Assembly: GCF_018350175.1 (NCBI RefSeq)
Contig: NC_058368.1
Location: 192,388,001-192,452,000, forward strand
Origin: Felis catus
Lineage: Eukaryota
DNA: 64,000 bases
Direction: 5' to 3'
The first letter of the stretch is position 1, and each line of letters opens with the position of its first letter. Below, in pieces: positions 10,401 to 22,400 of this stretch. The notes beneath the pieces are model-generated. The model worked only from the letters and a program-made list of their open reading frames with translations. It was not told the DNA's origin and searched no databases. The position numbers were made by a program, and so were the translations under genes.

Positions 10401-13400
10401 CAGGGTTCCAGGTGTCACCTCTCACCTTGCTGGAAGCGGGGTGGCCCAGGAGGGACCTCCTGGTTGGGATCCACGGGGGGCTCTGGGGTTAGTGTGTCAA
10501 ACTGCTCCCGACTGATCATGTTGACTTTCTTGAAGTTCTCGACTTCTTGCTGCAGAGGATGTAAGATGGGTGGGGAGAAGAGGTTAGTAAGAAGACTGCC
10601 CCAGCCTGTTTAGGAATCGGGACCTGCAGGAAGTTGCAAAGGGCAGCTCCCACGTCCACATACGTGGAATTCTGGTCCCCAGGCTCTCAGCAGCAGCCTC
10701 CTCACTCCCCACCCCCAGTTACCAGGGCACGAGCGTGCCTACCCAGAAGGGGTTAGGGCCCGCCCGGCCCTCTCTACGGCAAGACCGAGACGAGGACTTC
10801 AGCTCTCCGGAACTCACTGCAGACCCCCGACCTGCTTCCCACCACTGTCTCCTCACCTCCACCAAACACACCGCTACCTGCTCCACAGGCTCCCCTCAGG
10901 CCCACCTACCACCACACACAGTCGCTCTGTAAAAACCTACAGAAAGTTTTGACTGCTTCCGGGCAACAGTGATTTTTTTAAAAGCCTGTCTTTTCTCTAT
11001 CTTCTCTACTCAAAACAAGTGCCTTAAAAGGCCTTTCAACTTTTATATGGGCCTAAATATTTGAGACTAGAAGTGCCAATCGAATCCTCATTCTCTTCCC
11101 CACTGGCATCTGGCCGACTGTTACGACCTTAAACGCAATGCTCAGCTGGCACAACAGTCATCTCCTGCTCTGGCACAGCTTACAAAGTGTTTACACGTCT
11201 CTTCTCACCAAATGCTCCAGCAGGGCGTCCATCACCACCCCCTTTCCATACAAGTGGACAACTGAGGCTCTGTGCCCAAGGCCACACCGCTCATCAGCCT
11301 TCCCCTGTCCCACGCGCTACAGGTACCCCAGGCTCCACCCCCAGTGCCGTGTCCGAGCCTCACCTTGATCTGGGAATACTCAGGTTCGAACTTCTCAGTC
11401 CACAGGTCCTGCTCGTAGTAGAAGAGCCCGTCGTTAATGACCTTGGCCAGCTCGGCGCTCATCTTGGCACGAGAGGTGTGGTTGCCAGTGCGGTCCCCCC
11501 CGGGGTGCCGGCGCATGTAAGGTGGCGTCTGGGTGACGATGAGGATCTTGTTGACATCCCGGTCATCGATCTCATAGTCAGAGTCCTCATCAGACCAGGC
11601 GGTGAAGGTGTTCTTCCTCCCATCCATCTGCTCCATCTCCTCGTCAAACAGGAAATCCAGTTCCTCTTGCTCATCCTGCTCCTTGGACGTCAGCTGCTGA
11701 GCGGGCAGCTGCGGAGGCAGAGAGGTCGGGTGGAGGAACCTGGGCTCCTCGGACTTCTAAAATGGGGACAGACCAAGGGGAGAGGGTATCACCGGGGTGC
11801 CCTCGGACCGGCCTCTGTAGCTGTCCGCCGAGAGAGAGGCACTGGCCATGCCACCAAGCCGCAGCTGTCAGCTTTGGAGCCAGTCCCCTAGGACTCCAGG
11901 TTTCTTCTCTCCCGGCTCACAACACAGTCACTCATAAACAATGAGGTGACAAGTTCCCTGCAGCCACCTGTGCTCTCATTCACCTAGCCTGGGAGTGAGC
12001 ACACAGCAGAAGTTCAACAGGTTGATCCATCTGTTCCATCTATCCAAAATCTAAGAAAACGGAAGCTTCATGAGGCAAGGGCCACAGGTGCCTTGCTTTT
12101 CATCATATCCCCAGTACCTAGACTGGGACCTAGCAACAGCAGATGTTCAACTATCTGATGAGTGAGCAAGCACCCACTGGCACCAGGCCCTGAATGAAGA
12201 ACCTAAAAGCAGAATAATGAACAAGGCACAATTCTTGAACTTCAGGAGCTCACAGTTTAGTGGGAGAAAAAGTCAAACAACCAGCCAGCCAAGTGTAATG
12301 TGGTATTGGTAAAGACTAACTATAAATAGAATTTGTGGAGTACATAGGGAGAGGCACTTATTAACGAACTAGAGGTGGGGACAGTCAGGGAACGCTTCCG
12401 GGGAGCTGTAATTACTGAAGGATGAGTGTAAGTAAGCCAGGTGAAGGCAGGGACCAAGAGTGTGCTAGGCAGGAAGAACAGCATGTTCCAGATGCAAGAG
12501 ACAACAAGGGGCTTTCAGCAAAAGAAAATATTTCAGACCGTTGCTAGACTGAATTTATCTGAGACTTTGGCGCAGAAGCATTTGTCTACCTCATAATCTA
12601 TATCCAAAAAGTCAATTCCATGCTTTGCAAAAAGCTTCCCATGTAAACCCCAAACCTACTCGATTTTAAGGTTCAAGATAGGCCAGGTTGCAAGCGGGGC
12701 TCTGTTTCTGGAATGGGGGCTAAGCCTGCCTGTCTTTCCAAAGCCTTCACAGTCTGTAAGCCTGCACCTCCTAAAGGTCCTCAGGACTCTGGCCTGATCC
12801 CTGACACTCTGTGGTCAAAGGATCACAGCCAGAAGAGACAGGGAAGTTGGGGTTTGAACAAGAGGGAGACAAGGGAGACAGTCACAGTGGCACAATGGAA
12901 AAGGGGGCATAGAATTTCAGACCCCAAAGTCCAAGGTCATCTATGAAGCCGCCTTACAAGCCTCAGACCAAAGAGATCTTTAAGAGGAGGTGGGGAATGG
13001 GACAGAGCACACATCCGCTTCTGGAAAGGGGGCACTCATTTTAGTCGGAAATGGAAACCGTTCTCTAACAGTGGACTCAATGCACACTACTGGCATATTG
13101 CTTTATAATTTCTAGAGCAGTCTAAGCCCTCCTTTCTTTCATGTGAAGATGGGAACACTAAAAACTTGAGATATTAAACGAGCTGCCCAAGGTCAACAGC
13201 CATCGGTGACAGGAGACTGGTGCTCTAGTCTAGACTAACGCTACATCCAGGCCGTGTGTCTGTTTCCTCTCCCTTCCCTTTTCAGAGGGCCTGAGGGGCT
13301 TATACAGGGGACAATGAGGTCACACTTAGGCATTAAAGCAGCCCCAGCAATTTAGATGGGGCAAAAATAAGAGCCAAACATCAAGAAACCTGGGACACTG

Positions 13401-16400
13401 CTGCCCAGGGCTGTATGATTTCTTCCCATGGAAAATCCCACTCAGCTAGGGCTATCCTGAGCAGTGGTCCTCACTGGAAAGGGAAACAGTCCTACCAGCT
13501 TTCCTGCAGTCACTGCTGACCTCAGATCACATCGCCACCTTGAGCCACCCAGCCTGCCAGCTAGCCCCTCAGAGCCCTGTACCCAGGCGATATCCCCTCT
13601 CTCCATGCTCCAGCCCACGTCCCACACACCTTGGGTCGTGCTGGGGACGGCCGCGGCCTCTTCTTCACTTCAATCCAGTTCTCAGAATCCAGGTCAGGCA
13701 GGCTGGCAGACAGGCCCTTGGGCAGTGTCTTCAGGTTGCTGACCTCCTCTGTTTTGGTTGGCACTGGGGTGACTGCACGGGGAGAGCCAGGTGCGGACTC
13801 TGGAGGGTGGAAAGGTGAGACCCTCAACCTTCTAGTCCTCCTGATGCCAGTTGGCTGGGTGACAAGGACAACAGGAAGGCACCTACAGGTCTGCAGTACC
13901 TACCTGTCTCCTTCTGGTAGTGCTGACGGGGCACAAACTCGGGGCAGTTGAGAAGCTGGGAGAAATCGGTCTGGGAATAATCCACTATTGGGGGACCAGG
14001 AAGAGGCCACTTCTCCGGCTCCTCCCTCCTGCGCACTTTCTCATCAACGATCTCCACCACCTTGCTGTCCTTTAGGGCCTGCAGGAGAGAAGGAGGGAGA
14101 CGATGCAGAGAAAAGACTTGGACAGAATGAGATTTTTGGAAGCTGGCAGACGAAGGACTGGGCCCCACGAGCTCAGGCAGGAGTCTGGTGCTGGCAGGGG
14201 TATAAGAAAACTGGCACCATCTTCCACAGCTGGTGGGCAAAGGAGCTGTGCAAACTTGTAGGAGGGTACCAACATGAAAAACCCACCTGCCCCTTGACCT
14301 TGCCATTCTGCATCCAGGAATCTGCCCCCAGAGAAATACTGGCACAGACAGTTTGGGGAAAGAGGCACTCTCCCATTCTGCTGGTGAGAATGCAAAGGCC
14401 AACCTCTGGAGAAAAGGAATCTGGCCATTTGCCCTTTAGTGCAGGCTTCTCACTTCTAGAAATCTATACCAAAGATACGCTGGCAAATATATGAAAAGAT
14501 ATATATGCAACTGTAAATACGAATGAAGAGCATCTTCCTATTATGTACTACTATGCGGTCAGCTCCCAGAGTTAGTAAGTGAAAACAAAAAACAGGTGAA
14601 GAAATACAGGCACTATATGCTGTCATTTAACTAAGAAAGGGGTAGGATATAAATGCACAGAGAGACTTTTACTTAGGTTTTTTTTTTTAACGGAAGGATT
14701 CAAAACAAGTTGCCTATAGGAAAATAAAGGGAAAAAAGTCGAAGTGAGAGAATTTTAAATCAGACTTCTCGGAATATACCATGTTGACTTTGAACCATGT
14801 AAATGTTTTACCTAAATGTAAAACAAATTAGAAATTAGAGGGGAAAAAAGCAATCCCTAAAACTCGAGAGCAAAATGAAACTAACAAAACTAATACACAT
14901 CAAGTTAGAGACATGACCACACAGAGATTATTTCAAGTAATAACTTGAAAATACAGTCATTTGAGTGTATAAGAAAAAAACCCTGTTTTTAGTAGTAGAG
15001 GTTATTATTACAAGAATAGGCTATATAAATTGTTGAATAAAACAAATGAATAATTATGTTGATGTCATCAGCAATTAGAATTTGGGGCACAGGATAAAGG
15101 AGTATTACAAATAGAAGATAGTTGGGGTTGAATAAAGATCCTGTAGTCCTGAACTATAATGGAAAATATTAGTAGAGGGGTGCCTGGGTAGCTCAGTCAG
15201 TCAAGTGTCCAACTCTTGATTTCAGCTCAGGTCATGATCTCACGGTTGGAAGGTCAAGCCCCCTATCAGGCTCTGTGCTGGGTGTGCAGAGCCTTCTTGG
15301 GATTCTGTCTGCCTCTCTCTCTGCCCCTCCCTGGCTCACTCTCTCTCAAAAGAAATAAAAAACAAACTTAAAAAAAAAAAAGAAAATATCAGTATTATCT
15401 CATGATGCATAAAAACAAACAAACAAAAAAACAAAAACAAAAAACTCCAGAAACAATGACCAATCAAAACAGCAACAATCAACTCAGACTGTAGTATATA
15501 AATACCACTTCCCCAGAAGTGAGGACCCAGAATTTCTTGAAAATATGGCCAATCCCCTAACTGAGGCAGGAAACGCACAAGATGAACCAAGGCTCCACTA
15601 GCCAAACATGGGACAATTTGATTCAGCATATGAACTGCAATGGGTTGAAAAAACTGCAGTATGTTTGAATTCACAGGTTGTAACACTGTGATGGTACTAA
15701 AAGATACTAAAGGAAAAAAAGAAAAAGAAAAAAACAAACAAAACAAAACAAAACAAAACAAAACAAAACAAAAAAACAATCCCAAGCGCCAAACCTTTAA
15801 AGCTATTAGGGATCAACTCATAATTCTGAAAACTGGTTAACAAAGGAAAGTTCAAGCATTTATCCGCCCTTTCTGTACAAACCATACCTCTTGGTAACTG
15901 AATAGCTCATGAGGCAAAGTTTCTCCTTAAAGAGGTATTCCAGGTAACAAATGAAGACAGATTGACAGAATTAGAATCTTACCATTTTACCATCCCTAAT
16001 GAAATACCAGACAGTCATCAATAGCAGCTTCTAGCACAAGAGAACAAATGAAACGCTATGTGCCACCTGAGAGAATCTATCATGATCTTTACTCTCGACG
16101 AAGATGGGAGGAAAACCCCCCAAACCTGAATCTTGAATCTGATCAGGCTTCTGGACCAACAATTTACAAAAAATTTGGAATATACAAGAATATGCTAAAT
16201 GACACCACTGTGTCCCATGAGAAATTTGGCAAAATACACAACCCAGTTTATTGAAATAATAAACTGCAAGGAAAAAGAGAAGGGAAGGGGAGACTTAAGA
16301 CAACATATGGGTCTTGTCTGGATCCTGAGTCTCAGTTTTGACGAGTGGGGTGAATTTGCAACTGGCTGGGTATCTGGACATATGAAGGAATTAATACTTG

Positions 16401-19400
16401 TACATGTGATAATGACATGGTGACTAGGTTTTTAGCAGGTATTTATCTTTTTGAGATAAGTACTGAAACGTGGATGAAATGTCAGGTTACCTGACATTTT
16501 CTGCGAAGTAATTTGAAAGAAGAAACACAGATGGGGGATAGATGGAGTAAGATGGGCCATGAGGTGGTAATTGCTGAGGCTGGGTTCATCATACCATGCT
16601 GTCTACTTCTGAAATATCTGCAATTTTCCATAATAAGAGAGAGAGAGAGAGAGGCAAGAAGGGAGGCAGAGAGGCTGGCCAAGCCCTGCGACTTTAGCAG
16701 AATTCATCAGATGGGGACTCCTCCAGGGTTTTTTGCCGTGGCCCAAACTCTAGCTCCTTAAGTAAGGACCTTTCCTTCCCCTGCACCCCAGCCCCAGGAA
16801 GGGAGACCTACCGCAAAGATGAGTGAAATGTCAGTGGTAAGAGCCTGCACTCGGTGGAAGGAAGCAATAAGGGTGATGGGAAGGAAACCGTCAGCATCCA
16901 TTTTCCGTCGCAGGAAGAAGTCTCGCTCTAAATTGTCCACGCTGAAGTAGTATTCACTAGGTGGAGGGGAGAAGACAGATGATTGCTGCAGCATCATTTA
17001 GGAGTCTGCTTTTCTTGTTCGGAACACCCCGGCCACCGCACATAGCCTCTGACCGACCCTGACCCAGCTGAACGTACAATTTTGCAGGCTGAAAAGAGAT
17101 GCTATCTTTTTATGGCTCCCTAACCATTCCCCCTGCCCTTCGGCTTCTTCGTATGCCTGGCCCACCCCTCACCTTCCTTTAAAACCCAGTTCCAATGTTA
17201 TTGGCCACTTTCTCCTCTGCTCCTAAAATACTACTGCACTTTACTGAAATGATCCACCTCCTTGTATGGCTCCCCCGACTGAGGGACCATCAGAGTGGTT
17301 CAGAGCTAGGGTTTTGCCATCAGACAGAAATGGATTCAAATCTGTGCCTTGAAATACTAGCCATGAAACTCTGGGCAACACTCTGGGTCTGTTTGTTCAC
17401 CTACAAACTGGAGAGAAAACCCAGCTCATAGGAACAAGATAGCCGCAGGACTAAATAAGAGGATGCCTAGAAAGCACTTAATAGCAAGCCTTACTTAACT
17501 GTGTGGACTCCTTAGGTGTTTGCTAGCGTTCTGACCGTGCTGCCATTATAAACAGAAGTGCACAAAGGGCTGGACTCTGGACACTGCCTCTCCTTTTTGT
17601 TGTGATAATTTTAAATTTTCTTTAGGCGAATATGGTATTACTTTTGCAATAAATATTACCTTTATGAAAAACTAGCTTTTATTATGAAAACTTAACTTTT
17701 AAAGAATGAGCAGCAGTTAACTTTTTCAGCTCCAGCCAGGGGCAGGCACTGTCCCTAGCACCAGAAGGACCTGACCATCCCTACTCTGCCAGCAGCCACC
17801 TCTGACGGCTCCCGAGCCCCTACGCATCCCTCCAGGAAGAAGGCTCCTGTCCACTCACATCTGGCGCTTGATGTAGTCTTTGAGCAGTTCCTGGTCCACG
17901 CTGTAAAGCTCAGTGCTGCTGACATTGTCAAAGTAGTAGGTGATGTTGTTCATGTACTTGGGGGTGCGAGGCCCCTCTGCACCATCAAACTTTCGGTAGC
18001 CAAACTGGTAGTCAAAATGGGCTATGGGGGAAATGGGCGCCATAAGGGAGAGGAGAGCCCTGCCCGCCGCCCCCGCCACGCTCCCTCGGACATCCCGGAG
18101 CCCAAAGGGGCCTCACGTACTTCGAGTGCCACCCCGGCCGCGTCCCCGGCCGCGACCACGCCCCCGTCCACGGCCACGGAAGGAAGCCCGCGCCCCACCA
18201 GCCCCATCACTCTTCACACTCGATGTCTCATCCTGGTCGTGCCAGGCAGGCTCCGGTTTGGTCTCTGGTTGCCAGGCTGGGGTGGGGGGGGCCATGGGCA
18301 CGGGCACGTAGGTGGCAGGCTCAGACCCTATGGGGAGAGGGGCGCTGGGTCAGGCTTGAGGGTGACCCCCATGCCCAGGCCCTCCACAGTGGGCGGCGCA
18401 TACCTTTGATCTCCCCGCGGTTGGCAGGCGTGTGCCGTGGTTCTGGCGGGCGAGCAGGGCGCGAGACCAGTTTCTCTCTGGGCACTTCAGGCTTCATGTC
18501 TATTTGCAACGGAACCCACTTGTGTTTGTTCCCTGGAGGACAGCATGGGCACATGAGGAAGGCTTGAAGGAGAGGTCTCTCCTAGCCATCCCTACCCCCA
18601 ACCATTCTTTGCTGTCTCGAGCAACAGACCTGATTCACAATTTGATGACCCACACTAGACCTCATTTTCATCTCTAAAATAAGGAAGCCATGGACCTCAG
18701 TGCGACAGACACTCACAGCTGACTCCTAATATCAATTTCTCCATGGTCAGAGAACCCCTTTCCGGAGCCAGACGCATGGCTGCCCAGAATCAAGACTGCA
18801 CTTCCAGGCTCCCTGTAGACATTGTCAAAATACTGTCTATGGAGAGCTCCGTGAAAGTAGTCAATTCCAGGCCGAGTCCCTAAAAGGGAACTGCTCTCCC
18901 CTTTCCCGTTCCTGCTAAGTGGAATGAAGAGGGAAAGAGTGAGCCATCTTGGATGAAAAGAGCCAAGACACCACAGCAAGATGAAAGGAAAGGAATAGTT
19001 GCCATTCTAGGCCTGGCCTCCTTACACTCAGCTGTCAGATGAGAGAAATGAACTTCTATCTTGTTTAAACTACTGTTACTTTGAATCTCTGTCAAAGCAG
19101 CCAAACTTGTACCCTAAACATCTTAGCGAGGGCAATGGAAACTCTTGTTTTAAATGAAATCTTACATGGGACAGCAATACAACAAGACACATTAAGATTC
19201 CTCTGAGGCGGGGACCTCATCTGTCTTGTGCACTGCTGGAGCCCAAATGCCGAGAACAGGGCTTACCGGATGCTTGTTAAGTAAGAGAAGGAACTGATGG
19301 ACAGCAGGCGGAAGTGAAGATTGCTGGCCCGGTGGCCTACACCACTCAGCCTCCCAAGGACTTCTCGGGGCTCCTGAAACTCATCCAGCAGCCCCGAGTT

Positions 19401-22400
19401 CTGATACTTCACAGTTCTGCCTGCACACTTCTCCCAAGCCTGTTCCAAGCCACTCACCTTTCTTTTTCTGGCCCCCTCGCTGGCAGTCCTCGTCCCCATT
19501 CTTCTCTTCCCCAGATTCATCCGATTTGGTTTTCGGGCTCTCTTTACTATCACTCCCCTCTCCTTTCTCCTGTTCCTTCATGTCCTTTCTGGGGGGCAGC
19601 TTCCGGGCAGGCTGGGACTTGTGGGGCTGTGGCTGCAGTAGGAAGCAGAGTAACAGGGGGTGGGGTGAATCAGAGAGCCTCCTAGGATGGGGCAGAAGGA
19701 CCCCTGCCACTAGAAAGGTGGGGCAGGGAAGACGCAGCATGCAACGGCAGGTTGGACTACATATATTCTTAGGTCTTGTTTTTATGCCTGAGATGCCTCC
19801 ACTGGGAAGTGTGCTCAAACAGGCAGGAAGTAGGAAACAACCTGTTTCTTCATCTTCCTTGAGTCTCAGTAGATGAGACAACCCACCAGGATACAGGAGC
19901 CATACGTTTACTCCCTATAGGACCAGACCGTCCAGGTAGTCTGTGGGACGAAAGAGATGCTAGCCCTTGGCTTGTCCACAGCAACCCTGTGTGTGAACTG
20001 AAGGCCAATGGCCACAGCCAGTGAGTGATCTAGGCCATCAGTCCAGAACAAAAGCACTGGAAGGGGGGGACTGATCAGGAGTTCCTCTGCTGGGACTAAA
20101 GAGCACTACATAAGCTTCCCCAAGACATACAGTCTGGAGGTGGGTACCTGGCCTAATGACCACTCTCCTGCTTCACTCACTGGCAACCCAAGTATAGCTG
20201 ATGGAGAACACAGGCTCTGGAATAATAATACAACAGACTTGACTTCCAAGGCCCACCATCAAGGGCTCATTATTAGCCTCTCCCAACGGCTGGTTATTAG
20301 CTTCAGTGGTCTCATCTGTAAAATGGGAATTACTAAAGGACCTATCTTTAAGTCACTGTGAGGATTCGATGAAATGGTAAGCAGCACTTGGCAGTCCCTG
20401 ACATACAGCAAGGGCTCAAATGATGATGATCCTTAGCTATTTCAGAGTTGCCCATACTGTACCAACCACTCCTCTCAAAAGAAAAAACCGAGAAAGTTAA
20501 GACCCGAGGCTCTGAGAACTTAGGCCAAATGTGCATTTGTACATAGCATTTAAACCTGCCCCCTCTTCACCAAAGACTCACCTGCACACTCTTGTGGGCT
20601 ATCTCTCCAGGTGTGGGCCAGTTGATTGCATCTCCAAAGTCACCAACCTGCAAGGCACGTTCTGTGAAGGCCCTGGGGTGGCCATGCCCCTGCCATTCAG
20701 CCCCTCACCCAAACAAAATACAGCTCCCCCGAGAGATCAGAACCCACAATCATCTGTCCACTAGGACCATCCACAGTGGAGGCCCAGAGGGGCTCCCCCG
20801 CTATTGAGAGGATCCAGAACTACCTCACAGCTCAGAAGAGGCCATCACCTCTTTCTTCAAGGAAGCCCCCTTTAGGCAGCCCGCTCCTACTCCTTACCTT
20901 GCTGCCTTTGCGCTGTTTAGGAACTGCTGCCCTCACCACCTTAGCTGGAGCAGAATGTTCTGTGGGAACAAGAAGGGAGAGATGGTTATGCACAGCCCAC
21001 GGAGGTGGCCACCGCTAGCTCATCCTCATGACCGCCTCTACTCCATCAAGCAACCTGCAGGTTTCCAAAGGAGGAAGACATGGTGAAGAGGGAAGGACAC
21101 GTGCTCAAACACCAGTAACAAGTATACCAGCCTCTCTCTGAAGAAGTTGTGGAAAATGAGACCATGGAAACAACCAATGGACAACACCCCATGAACACCC
21201 ATGAAGTGAGGCAGGAGGGCCCTCCCAGCTCTGTACTCTCCTATAAAGAGGGCACTGAGGCCTGGAGAGGGTAAGTCTACAACAGACTGGGGCCATGCCA
21301 GAGCTGGCTCTGTAATTAAAGGCTCCCTAATCCCAGCAGGTTCCACGAAGGAAGGATCTGAAAGACCTTCTCTGGCTCTAACTAACACTGTGGAAGTCTG
21401 TGTGTGAGCAGACCTGGGCTAGTGATCATGGGGAAGGTAAGGGGAGAACCCTGAGCTGGCAGTCAAGAAATCCAGGGCTCTCTCTTCTAAGCATCCCCAC
21501 CCCCAACCAGGACCAGCTCTGTCCTCAATGACCTGCAGTCAACAGAAAGGTTAGCCACTTAGGAAAGACTCTGCTGTTCTCCAAGTTCCCAAAGAAAACA
21601 TGAGACCCATTTGACTCAATGTTCCTTTTAGGAATTTATCAGTACAAATTAGACAAGTGTTTAGAGTTATGTACAAAGCCGTCCATAACAAAAGTGCTGT
21701 TTGTAAGTTCAAAAAATTGAAAACAACCTACATTTCCAACAGTAGAAAACTGGCTACAGAAATTAAAGCTTAACAATTTTTAGAGCAGGGGTGCCTAGGT
21801 GACTCCATCGGTTGAACATCTGACTTTGGCTCAGGTCATGATCTCACGGTTTGTGGGTTCAAGCCCCACTTTGGACTCTGTGCTGACAGCTCGGAGCCTG
21901 GAGCCTGCTTCAGATTCTGTGTCTCCTTCTCTCTCTCTACCCCTCCCCTGCTTGCACTCTACTCTGTCTCTCTCTCAAAAATAAACACTAAAAAAAAATT
22001 TTTAAGCAATTTTTAGAGCAGTCATTAAAAAGATAATGTTCTACTAGAGATAAAAGATGTGAAACACAGTAAGTGAGAAAAGCTGCAATTCTATTTTTGT
22101 AAAGCAAAGAAAAAATGTGTATATGCACATATTCACAAAATTCTGGAAGGCCATATAACTAAGTATCATCAGGAGTAAAGTAGTATGTTAACAGTGATTT
22201 AATTCTGTTTGGAATTTTCCAGTCATTTCAATGAGACATGGGCTTTTTAAAAAGAAAACCTTTTGTTTGTTTGTTTAAAGGAAGAACTCTAATAGGTCTG
22301 GTCCCTTCTACACCTACACTTGCTTTCCCAACACACTTCTGAAGAACAAGGGTTTCTAAACCCTTCCTCCCTCAGAGACCCACGGGAAAGGTACATCCTG

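Larger units (their letters stand above)
14400..16640 (+). mobile_element. Degraded LINE-1 (L1M) fragments in intron 8
   Basis: A-rich sequence with L1 3' motifs (cacttctagaaatctatacc; tactgaaa...ggatgaaatg...gggttcat); boundaries approximate. Confidence 0.55.

Noticed and set aside
11187..11891. 234-aa + strand ORF
   Set aside because: Antisense shadow of LARP1 exon 11 with a non-ATG start and no recognisable protein.
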